From contig CM022665.1 in NCBI GenBank assembly GCA_012295275.1, positions 26,102,001 to 26,166,000 on the forward strand: a stretch of 64,000 bases of DNA. Reading direction: 5' to 3'. A model generated the notes under the pieces. The model was not told where the DNA came from, searched no databases, and saw only the letters and a list, made by a program, of their open reading frames with translations. Made by a program: the position numbers and the translations under genes. This document shows, piece after piece, positions 15,601-27,482 of the stretch; the stretch's first letter is position 1, and each line of letters opens with the position of its first letter. The stretch comes from Chrysomallon squamiferum (Eukaryota; Animalia; Mollusca).

Positions 15601-16773
15601 ATGCAGGTGACTTTACTTCCGTATTTATTTTAAAAAAGAGAGAAAAGAGATTTGGACTGAACAAGCGTTCTGGAACGAAATTATACATTATGTGTATGAA
15701 TCTGGTTCCCAGTTGAATACAGTAACGTAATTAAATTCTTTCTAGGTTATTAATACTTTAAATCTGGTCCGTTTAATTTAGTTTTATTTAGATTTTTTTT
15801 TCTTTTTTTTTTTTTTTTTTTTTTTTTTTTGTTGTTATTATTATTATTTTATTTTATTTTATTTTGATATTATTTTTTCTTTCTTTCTTTATTTCTTTAT
15901 TTATCTTTTTTCTTCTTCTTCTTCTTATTATTATTATTTTTTTTTTTTTCCAACATCTTTCTCTTTATCTCTGTGTGGGGAAATATAGAAAAAGATCCAT
16001 TGTTACTTATCGATAAAAAAAAAAAAAAAATTAAATTAAAATAAAAATGTATCTGCAATGGCTGAAGCTGGTTTCGCTCTGACATAATTTAAAAAACAAA
16101 CATCAACAACAAACAAAAAAACCCTCTAATAATTGCTTATAATAAAATATGTTGAGATGTTTTCAAATACTATCTCTCACTATCTTTCAGTCTCACTCTT
16201 TGAATATGTCTGTCTTTCTGTCTCTGTCTGTCTCTCTATTTAAAGAAAATTATCACCATCACTACTAGTCATATATATTGTTTTCCTTGTATATTATGTT
16301 TTATATTTTATTTATTCGTTTAGTGATCTGTCAGTAAACTTTTACAGTGATAAAACGGTAACTGTAAAGAACAATATAACTCATACAAGCAAAACAAAAT
16401 ATCCTTTTTATTTTTCTTTCTGTGTTTAATAACTAAAAAGCCCTTTATTATTTAAAAGAGAAAGAAATAAATGTGCAGATGCTCTATATCGATTTTAATT
16501 TTTTTTTTAAATAAAAAATTTAAACTCATTTGTAAATAGCGTCACGCGCAGAAACAGCCAATAAAATTTGCAGGCGGTAAGTTTGAATTGTGAAAACTGG
16601 TATTGCTTCCAGCCGCAGATGTTTCAGTGACATCTGGAGGTGATACTGAATGCTAATGTCTATTGTCGTATCTTCGCAACCGAGCCAGACAACCAAACTG
16701 TACATCATCTGTTTTTAAAATTAATTTTAACAATCTGAAATAAATAAATAAATAAAAATAAATAAATAAATAA

Positions 16774-16808
<35 letters not shown>

Positions 16809-17044
16809 AATAGTAATAGTATTAATAATAATAATAATAAGAAGAAGAAGAAGAAGAAATTAAGAAGAAAAAAAAAAAAATAAAAAAATGTTCCAATCTA
16901 TTTTGCATTAAAGTTAAATTTTTCGTTAATTTTATTTATTTATTTTTCATTTCATTATTTATTATTCTTACTTTCTTTCTTTCCATTTCTAACAGAGCTG
17001 TATGTTTCATTGTTATTGTTGGTGTTGGTGTTCCTCTTCTTCTT

Positions 17045-17075
<31 letters not shown>

Positions 17076-17758
17076 TTATTATTATTATTATTATTATCAT
17101 CATCATCATTATTATTATTCTTTAATTATTAGTTAACTAAACTGTATTAATAATAAATTAATTATATTATTTCTGTTTTGTACTATTGTTCACATTTCTG
17201 TCACTCATATAAAACATGAACGGACCATTTGGTGGCTAGTCCCCCTATTTTTTTTTTTTTTTTTTTTCTTTGAATAATCATAATTCCCGAAGCTTTCGCC
17301 GTAAATGTATCAATTATATCCACTTTATTATTAATCAAACACAAATATGTATTCCCTCGGTAACATCAATAGTTAAACAGTTCAGGAATTTTCACTTATA
17401 CAAGCAGGAATACGGCAAAGAATTTTACATAGGATCAGCGTTACGCTACCATTTTGGTATTTGTCCCGTAAATACACAAACACAATGATACAGTAATAAC
17501 GATGTGTTATGGGGCTCGGTGATTTTATTAACTCTTTATTAGATGACAGATGCTGAAATTAATCTGAGTGCTGGAAGTGACGTGCTAACACAAAAGATGT
17601 CACTTTAGATCGATGGTAAATATCTCAGAGGACGACGGCTTTTCGTGATGGGTGCATGACGCAATAGCTTATTATCTAGTCGTAAAGAGAATCATTTAAA
17701 ACATTTTAAAGTGTTTTTAATGCTTAATTTTAACGGTTGATTGCCGTAGATTTTTTTT

Positions 17759-17793
<35 letters not shown>

Positions 17794-17839
17794 GAGTTTT
17801 TCATTTCTCTTTCTTCTTTCTTCCTCTAATTTTTTATTT

Positions 17840-17901
17840 ATTTGATTTGATTAGATTTGATTTGATTTGATTTGATTTGATTTGATTTGATTTGATTTGA
17901 T
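17840..17901. repeat. (TTTGA)n pentanucleotide repeat
   Basis: About 12 near-perfect copies. Confidence 0.9.
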
Positions 17902-18392
17902 TTTTTTATTTCGCTTCACTACTTTTTACACTAGTCTTCATTTCTTAACATTTCTTAGTATACCAACTCGTTTTTCTCTTTTTATTTTGTCAGCTTTTTC
18001 CCTTCTTCAGTTATTTACGGCAAGTACTCAAACACATTATATTCATTTTTGATATTTTTCGTATAAACAACAACAAAAAAATAATAATAATAATGTAAGA
18101 CATTTTTGTTTATTATCAGTATGGAAATAACAACACGTACTATTTCATTTAATCTGATTTTAATAGAAATTATATTATGTTTCTTTCTGGGTTTTAATCA
18201 TGATACTGATTCGAATATCCGTCCTTTATATCACGCTTCACAAACAGAAATCTGTTTATATTACATCTAACGATATTTCCACTTACAATTCAGTTATGAT
18301 ACTTATTAATTCCATCCTTCCTAATTAATAATGTTTCAGTCAACTAAATATATGCGATGGAATTTTTATAATGTTGTAGACGAAATATACAG

Positions 18393-18394
<2 letters not shown>

Positions 18395-18470
<76 letters not shown>
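18395..18470. repeat. (GA)n microsatellite
   Basis: Pure GA run. Confidence 0.95.
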
Positions 18471-18474
<4 letters not shown>

Positions 18475-20210
18475 CGTTTTTCCATTAAAGAGATAAAAAT
18501 TATTTTTTTTTTTTTTTTTTTTTTTTTTGTATTTATTTATTTATTTATTGATTTATTTATTATTTTATTTGATTTCCTTCTTATTGTAGTTATGGGAGTA
18601 TAAGCGCAGGATCTGTTATTCGGAGCGACAGTAAAAGAATAGCGATATAGAATAATTGAAAAAGTCGTCAGCTATTTTGTAGCTAGATTAGCCACTTGAT
18701 TGTGACTCAGTCACTAAAAATATTTGCATATTGTCTCATGGAAGTTGACACGTGGCTAAAACGATGAATCAAATGCATTAATCACATGTCGACATTTTGT
18801 AAAGCGTGCGGCGTTATCTTTCGTGTGGAAACAATGGAACGCAAAATGAAAAGTTTTCAACTTTGAAAAAAAAGTAATTAAAGTTAATCCTAGCGAAATA
18901 TTTATGGCTGCTTTTTTAGTGAAAAAGAAGAAGAGATAAAAAAGATTAAGTGTATTGTTTAGTTGTTAGTGAACGCTAGGAAACAGTGTTTCTATTTATT
19001 TTTATTGTTTTTCGTTTTAATTAAATTTTAATTGAATTATGAGATTACTTTTCTTCTGCATTTGTTTTGGTTTTTTTTTTATTATTATTCTTATGATCAG
19101 CTAATTATTTTTATTTGAAATTCTTTGAGTTAAACGCTTTATAAGGACGGAAAATAATTTTTTTAAGCTGTTTCTTAACTGAATAAAGTACATTCAGAAA
19201 CTGATTAGCAACAAAGAAGGCAGCAACAATAATGACAACATTTCTGAAAAACGTCATTTATTTCTCAAAAGAAATATGCATTTCTTAACATTAAAAACTA
19301 TTTTTCGAAACGTGAGAGTTTCACTGCGTTGCGATGAATTCTTTTGTTCAGTGACATCTTACTGTTTAATTTTATCGGAATAAATATTATTCAAATACAG
19401 TGCATATAACTTACATATTACCTGTAGTATCCTTGCATTTTTTTATTTTTTTATTTAGGTAATTCATACCGTTAATAAAGCAGATTATTTGTTAACTCTT
19501 TAATAAGTATTTTTTTTTTTGTACACTGGAAATATACCTGTTTCTGTTTATGATTATTTTTCAAATATTACCAGCTGTCGCGAGACGCCATCTACAAAAC
19601 ACCTGGATAACTCGCGTGAGTTCGGATTCATGCGACACACGAAAATAGGCGAGAACCTATTATTTTCAATGTGGCACGCGCCCTAGTTTACTAATCCATT
19701 GTTACCTGTTTTCTCTTTTTCATAATGTGACAGGGAGGTGTATAAACAAAGTTATTTGAAATCTTCCATTCACTTCTGATGGGTTGCTGCTCAAAGGATT
19801 ATTTTATGAATTAGAAAGGTTAAATGCGAACATATCTTCACCTGGTTTAGATTTCGACATAGCGTCATTTAAAATCTGAGATTGGCTTTGTTCAACTTTT
19901 GAATTTTTTCATTTGTGAGTGTTCGTGAAAAGAAATTTTAAATTTCGGCATTTCATTCGAGCACAGTTTTTAAAATGTACGTTTTTCAACACAAATTGAA
20001 AATAAAGAGTTTATAGATATGTCATCATGTCTATATCTATTTCATATTAATTCAAATTTTGTAAATCGAGGTTTTAAATAAAATTAAAAAATTTCTTTTC
20101 TTTTAACTGTTGTCATAATCATAGCGTCACTATGTATTTCAGTTCCTATCTGCACGTACACAAATAAATACTCTTACATATTCACAAGCATATTAACATG
20201 CCTACATTTA

Positions 20211-20294
<84 letters not shown>
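20211..20294. repeat. (AAT)n joined head-to-head to (ATT)n, a spacerless palindrome
   Basis: Centre taa|tta at 20260/20261. Left arm about 50 nt, right arm about 34 nt. Confidence 0.9.
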
Positions 20295-20296
<2 letters not shown>

Positions 20297-22695
20297 TCCA
20301 ATTTTAAAGTTACAAACTTGGAGTAATCCTTTATGTCAGCCTATGTCCTTTGCTTATAGTTTGCATTGCGCGCGCATGGTCGTGCGTGTTGCTTTTTCTT
20401 GCGATTTTATGTGCGTGTGTGTGTGTTGAAGGAGGTTCCGAAGTATTAAATTACTTATGTTTGTTATCAATTTTCTTTCTCCTCTTTCTTCTTTTATTTC
20501 TTCGTTTTAACTAAAATACTCAGAGTTTAAATACCAGTTTCACAATTCACTTTACAACGCATCTGCTACCTCAAACTTCTTTTCTAATTCATTTTTCTTT
20601 CCTCGGGAAGATAAATTATTGATTCCATTCGTTAATTTTTCATCACGTAACTTTCATAGTCACAATATTTACAGAATGTTGTATCAGCTTTACAGATCTG
20701 ATTATCCAAACTCGCTACAAATGTGACTCAGTCACGCAAGTCATTCCTCTGCATGATTATAAATCAAACTAATGGAATTTGTGTTCTCATATTAAAATAT
20801 ATTCTTCTATCGACATAGATATGTAATTATTATTAATGTATTTTACTCCTGCGCAAAGTCGTTTTTAAAATGTACTCTGCTGCACGCAACCAGAAGCAGT
20901 CTGATGATTTTTATTACTCATATTTTAAAATATAAAAGGAAGATATCTGGGCAAAGTAATAACCATCGAAAGGAGTATTATAAAAAGTAAAATGATTTTA
21001 GTATTTTGGTTTTAAATATATGAAATTGTTTCTGAATTTTATGAAAGCTACATCAAAGAATGTACTGCGTGTAAATATGTCGTTATAATGAAATATTTCT
21101 AAGATGCCATGATGAAGAATCATGATGCATACTTTGTAGAGTGCATGTTTTTTAAATAAAAAAAAAAAAAAAAAAATTCATACTGTTACAGGTGTGTGAA
21201 CGAACATGCCTTTAAGGCTTATCTCCCGTAGTTTTTAAAATATATATATATATTATTTTTAAATTAAAGTGCACTGCAGTTATCTATCTGTCTGCCTCTC
21301 TCTCTATCTCTTTCATCTCTCTTTATCTATCTGTTTACTTATTTATTCAATATCGTTTGATTTATTATTTTTAATTTTTCGTTACTGATGTTTAGCGAAG
21401 TTTGAATTATTTTTATTTCTTCGTTCTTTTTTTTCTTTTTCTTTTTCTTTCTATAGCTAGTTTTTTTTATTATTATTATATATATATATATGTTCTCAAA
21501 TAAAACATAACTGAGCTGTACACAATGTTACTACATTTACTCTTAATGGTGGATTTCACATGCTTTAAATTTAATGTACAGGATTTTATTTGTATCAGTG
21601 GAAGCAGATATTATTGTTGTATTTGATCAGCTGTTTTAGTTATTTGACATAAGTAGAAGATAAAAACAGTGATACCAAACATACATTTATGAAAACTGTG
21701 ATAAATATTACTTACACTGATTACTTATGTTAATTCCTTTCAGTAATGGGAATGCGAGGATGTACACATTGTAAAGTTGAAATACTAAGGCTGCTCAATT
21801 CAAGGGAAACAATTCCATTTTCCTTTATTAAAGTTATCTATCACATGGAACAAATGGTCTTGAAAGAATGAGCCACAAATCCTAATTTCCTTTTCTTCTG
21901 AAATAATAGTTTTAAATTACAGGCTCGTAAAAAGCCATGAACTATTTTGAAAATTAGAGTTATTAATAATTAAGAAAAATAATTTCTTTTAATTTCAATT
22001 ATTTTGTCAACTGGCTTTGTCTGAGATAGCAACAATGTAATTTTAGTCTGCTGTTGTTTTTTTTTCTGTTTTTTTCTTGTTTTTTTTTTTGTCTTTCTTA
22101 CGTTCTATTTTTATTTATTATTATAATTAGTAATAGTAGTAGCTGTTGTTGTTGTTGTTTGTTTGTTTCTTTATTTGTTTAAACAGACATGACCTAATTC
22201 CAGTTTTAAAAGTTATGTTAAGCTGAAGGTATTGTTTACTTCATACTATTTCCGATGTATTCATTATAGAAACATCTTACCAGAGGTTAATATGTGACAT
22301 ACAGGCTAAATGTGTACTTAGAATATAAATAAACAATGAATAATAAAGACTAAAACTGTGTTTAACAGATATAGATTAACACACAGATTAATATACTTCT
22401 AACGTAGCGTCTGTTTGATTTTCATTAATTCACTTAAAACTTAAAATATCTGTTTAGGAAACGCTTTTCATCATCAAGCTGCATTTCTGCCAGTCTTTTA
22501 GACACAATAATAAATGAAAATAAGAGTAAACAAATATTAACTTATTGTGATAGGATCTCCTGTAAACATCAGCTCTCACTTAAACTGTCGTCATGGATAC
22601 TGAAACAAAGTCCGCCTAACTCAAAAGTAGCCAGCTTTTTGGACTTTAGTGATTTCTGGAACCCGGTACCTGTATATCATACAGAGATCAACACA

Positions 22696-22697
<2 letters not shown>

Positions 22698-22743
<46 letters not shown>
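22698..22743. repeat. (CA)n microsatellite
   Basis: Pure CA run. Confidence 0.95.
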
Positions 22744-22746
<3 letters not shown>

Positions 22747-22833
22747 CACATGATTTTTCTATGCAGTCGGTCAATTAAAACAAACGTTTTCATTTATTGT
22801 TTTTGTTTTTGAATTCTCTCTTTCACTAAATAA

Positions 22834-22866
<33 letters not shown>

Positions 22867-23179
22867 GTATAAAAAATAAAATAAAATAAATTTAAAAAAT
22901 AAAATAAATAATCAGACTTTACAGATATTACCAATGATTATCAATAAGATAAACACCAAACAGATTGAGTTATTAGTAACACGACTGAGCTCATCATGGT
23001 TTGATGACTACTGCTTAGAATTCTCGAATGACAAGAGAAAGAAAGAAAATAGCAAAAGAAAAGACTGGCGATAACTGGGATATTTCTTTGAGACATTAAC
23101 AATAAATTAATGGATGGAAATTCAATTATGTCGTGAAGACGTCTCCGTCGAGTCTTTAATTTCTTCCAGGAGCTCTTAC

Positions 23180-23285
23180 CTCCAGGCAGGACCGTGTTGT
23201 ATTGTTTTCTACAATTATTCCCTCTCACGCGATCTCAGTGTAAACAAGACGCAGCTGCCTTTCAGTTTTCAGGATGTGATACTGA
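23180..23285 (-). other. Candidate first (probably non-coding) exon of an unidentified minus-strand gene
   Basis: Initiator-like TCAGT on the minus strand at 23285-23281 and a strong donor GAG|GTAAGA at 23180/23179. Both lie in a CpG-rich island, with clustered CACGTG/CACGCG boxes upstream (23515-23620). No transcript data. Confidence 0.35.
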
Positions 23286-23990
23286 ATTTTCGACATAACC
23301 TTTTCAAAACTCGAGTTGTCAGCTCACGATGGGAGGTTTTTGAAAAATTCAAAAGAATTTCCATGGAAACGTCTAAAAATCGATTTCCATGCTTTGGGAA
23401 GTGTTTTTGGGTGCGAAGCCGAACCACGGGTGGCCCGATCCTTGAATGATAAATACAAAATCGCAGCTAAAATGAGAAGAAAAAAAAAAGAATCAGACGA
23501 ACAAGAATTGATTCCGCGCACGTGCGCACGTTGTCACGTGCTGGGTGCTGGCATTTCCTCGACTAGTCTGGGCAGTAATCGTCTCAACAAGTTCAGCAAA
23601 CAGCACGCGCATATACGCGAGGGTTTTGTTTGAATGACAAATCTAATCTGACTTTTATCACTTCAGTTTATTGCAAATAATCTCTTAGGACTGCACCAGA
23701 CTAGACGATTTTGACAGTTTGATCATAGGGCGATCGCCCCAGTAAGTTGCAAATATTACCCGTATTTCCAAAATTCAAACATACAAAATTAATAAATTAC
23801 TTCAAATGAACAAAGAAACTTTAAATTATGTAAATAATTAAAATATTGTTACAGATTTTGAATTTTACTGAATCTTATTATTTTCATTTTTTTTTTTTTT
23901 TTTTTTTTTATTGTGTGTGAGTGTTAGTTCTACATAAAGTAAAGAGAATTTTAATAAGCTTTTTTAATATGTTTATTTATTTTATGGATA

Positions 23991-24062
23991 GAGGGAAAGA
24001 GAAATGTTCTAATTAATGATGCACACAGTAATTGTTTAATATTTGATTATCTATGGAGACGG
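23991..24062 (-). mobile_element. Decayed 3' tail fragment of the same SINE, reverse orientation
   Basis: gagggaaagagaaatgttctaattaatgatgcacacag resembles the reverse complement of the SINE 3' end seen at 3915-3950 and 31205-31240. Confidence 0.5.
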
Positions 24063-25640
24063 TACAGTATCACTTGCATTATTTAAAAAAAAAAAAAAAA
24101 AAAAAGGTTAATTAATTATTATTATCGTTACTAGTACTGTTTGTAGCAGTAGCTATAGTAGTAGTAGTAGTAGTAGTAGTAACTGTAGTAGCAGCAGAAG
24201 TTGTAATAGTAGTAGCTGTTGTCGTGGATAATTACTAAATCAAAGTGGTAAGAAATTATTGATATAAAATCATGTAAGTTAATATATAACTGTTATGCGT
24301 ACAGGTAACTTTAAAAATAATTATTCTGTGTACTTCTGAAATAAACAACATTCATGTCCGATTTATTTTAATTTTTTAATTGTGCATCTTTTAAAATTCG
24401 ACCACTGGCCTTTGTTTAATAAGATCATGGAAGCCACAAATCTGCTAATGTGCTCAAAAGCCGGAGAATTATTATGCACAATTGAATACTACTAAAACCG
24501 TCATGGGTCCTTCAGGGGAGCGAAATTAACAGCACCAGTTTCAACTTTTTAAATATGTGTGATCGTCTGATTTTTAACCGTGCTTCTTGTAATGTCATTT
24601 CATTGTACCATTAATCAATGAATTTTGAAAATTGGTTTTAAAAAAAGAAAAAAGATGAAATCCACTAATTTCACACAATGATCTTCGCGCCTTTGAGATC
24701 GTCAAGACGGTGAAATATTATCGCATAAATTGACAGTCTGCCATTCTGCGGGGAATTTCCTTCACAATGGCGCGGGTCGCAATCTTAGATCACGGAAAAG
24801 CAGGCCAATCAAATGTTGTCGATTTCCGTCTGACCTCTGACACGATGCGCGCAGACAAAGTGAAAGTTACAGTGGCCCCAGGCAATTAGGCGTGTGTGTT
24901 TCATTAAGATTTTTAGAACGCAGAGCCACTGAGGCGGCCATTAGTCTTTGATCTGTTGTAAATTGGCAGTGATTCACTGAAAAAGAGAATCCCTTGGGAG
25001 CAGTGATTAACACAGGAATTCTTAGCTAAGAACTGACTGTTTTGTTTGTCGTTCGCCCGAGTGGATTTGACGGTATTCTTTTGTTGTGCAAGTATGAATA
25101 ATTTCGGTCTCTTTTTTCCGATAACGTAATCTGAAAAGATAATTATTAATTGCATTTCAAATAATCTCCCACGAGAATGCCGTAATTTTGATTAATTTGT
25201 GGCAAAATGTTCACTTAACACTGTGGACTATAATTTTTAGAGTCCGTACAATAACAGTTTTTTCCGAACCGAGTGAAACAATTTAATACCGATGGCCCAT
25301 TAGCGTGATAGGAATATTTTGGGGGGTAATTTGATAATGCTAAGTACAGTTAATTTAATATCAACTATCGATACGTACAAATCTCATGTTTAGCTGATGA
25401 TGTAAGCTTAATTTGAATTATTAATTTAGCCATTTCGTAATTGTTCTTCTCTTTTTGTATTAATTAATTGGTTTTATTTTATTTTTTTGTCATTATATGA
25501 TTTTTTTTTATATTTGTGCGTGTGTGTGTGTGTGTGTGTGTAAATTGAGTCAGCTGGTGTTACTTAAAATAATAATATTTAAAAAAAAATAAAAGAAGAT
25601 AAAAGAAAAAGAAAGAAAGAAAGAAAAAGAACAGAAAGAG

Positions 25641-25870
25641 CAATGGCGTGCAGAGGGGTTGGCCAAAGGGGCGGTGGTCCCGGGCATCCAAATGGGGGAG
25701 GGCATTCAATCTGAGAAAAGAACTTAATAAACTTGGTTGATTTATATTTAAATCGAATAAAGTGTTTATTTTATGTTTCATCTGTGTTTGTATCTTCCTT
25801 TCTCGTAATATTTCTCAGTGCTAGGCCTTATACTTGTCTTTGGGGCAAACCAGACCTCTGCACGCCACTG
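25641..25870. mobile_element. hAT-type MITE (230 bp)
   Basis: 16-bp terminal inverted repeats caatggcgtgcagagg (25641-25656) and cctctgcacgccactg (25855-25870), one mismatch. Flanked by an 8-bp target-site duplication agaaagag/tgaaagag (7/8). An 8-bp TSD with CAG...CTG ends is typical of hAT elements. Confidence 0.8.
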
Positions 25871-26023
25871 TGAAAGAGTACACCCAATGTTGGTAATCTG
25901 AAAAATATCTATGTTTATTTTTTAAGACAGTAACCAGCTCAGAATGCCGAACGCAGCGACCCATTTGACCTCAGCAGCATAAGTAACCAGTTATTTCTTG
26001 TATCTTGCCTCCCTAAATAATTC

Positions 26024-26058
<35 letters not shown>

Positions 26059-26139
26059 CTTCAGATTATTTGAACCTATGGTGTAAATTAAAGAAAAGCG
26101 GACAAATAGGATCTATCCTTTTTTATGACAAAAATAAAG

Positions 26140-26162
26140 TAATAATAATAATAATAATAATA

Positions 26163-26200
<38 letters not shown>
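26140..26200. repeat. Second (AAT)n/(ATT)n spacerless palindrome
   Basis: Centre taa|tta at 26163/26164. Confidence 0.9.
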
Positions 26201-26201
<1 letters not shown>

Positions 26202-27040
26202 AATAAATAAATAAATAAGGAAGAACAAATGTGTAACTGAAAAGGTTACTGTCTTATTGAAAATCTAATTAAACTTTTTGCTTAAAAATAAAAATGTCCT
26301 CGTTATTTTCAAACAGTTCCGATATGACGTTTGTTAATTTGTATGTCGCGACCGCACGTATGTATGAGAGGAAAAGTGAATGAACTTGTATAATAATAAT
26401 AATAATAATAGTAAAATGTTTTTTTTTTAAAGTTGGGTATGTGTGTATACGTGTATTTAAAAAAAAAAAAAATGTGTAGGAAAACTGTTTTAAATATGAC
26501 GTTTCGTTGACATTAACTTTATAGTAATTGAATAATAATTTAAAAACTATAAATAATATATTTACTGTTAATTTAATTTCAGCTGGCGATTTCTCAGCCT
26601 GGTATATTTAACGTTTTTTTTTTTTTTTTTTTTTTTTGTTGTTGTTTTTTTTAATCAACCGCCCCAATGGAATTATCTCTTTTTTTTTATCTTTATTATT
26701 TTACCTAACCAAAAAAAAAAAAAAAAAAATAAAAAATCTGTTATGATAACTCACGTAAGGGTATTAGTGTAATAACGTGTTTGTTTTGAAAGTCACAAAG
26801 TGCATGTATGTTTATAGTGCGCGACAGAAGATCTGTAATTATTGTCTGTAAGCTGCGTGAAGCAAAATTACCTCATAATTTTATTCAGTAGTCATATTTG
26901 TAGGTAAATTATGACCTTAAAATAACAACAACAACAAAAACAACCACAACAACAACAGCAGCAATAATAAAAATAACGACAATAACAGCTACAACAATAA
27001 CAGTAACAATAATGCAAATAATAATGCAAATAATAATGCA

Positions 27041-27073
<33 letters not shown>

Positions 27074-27179
27074 TTAAACTACACTTCATTATAATAGACG
27101 GTTGAATTTATAAATAAATAATTACCAAATAATTAACATAAATAAATAAATTAATTAATTAATTAATTAATAAAAACTA

Positions 27180-27482
27180 AACGACAACATTCGATTTAGT
27201 TTTTAGCTTAAGGTACGGGGGGAAACTTTGCCTGAGAGTATATTAGTTACGTATTGCACGCGATGCTTCTCACTGGGTGACCTAACTATGTTTAAGGTTA
27301 ATACATACAGCGTCAGTTGTCATTACAGACTGCGTACAGGAAAATCTGGCAATATAATAGTAGCATTCGTTATAGTAAATTATTTTTGTTCATTCTTATA
27401 CCATCGACAAATGCGTATATCATTGAAACATTTTGTCACAGCCTAATCCAAGTCGAAGGCAACGAGAGATTTCGGAGGTCGA
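27180..27482 (+). promoter_or_regulatory. Probable ABCD4 promoter/5' UTR
   Basis: CpG-retaining stretch directly upstream of the ATG at 27483. CpGs become scarce after exon 2. Confidence 0.5.

Noticed and set aside
22941-23633. Overlapping ORFs of 65-111 aa on both strands, including an MMSS start reminiscent of Prospero
   Set aside because: The MMSS frame stops after 18 codons and no Prospero motif follows. The ORFs reflect local GC content.
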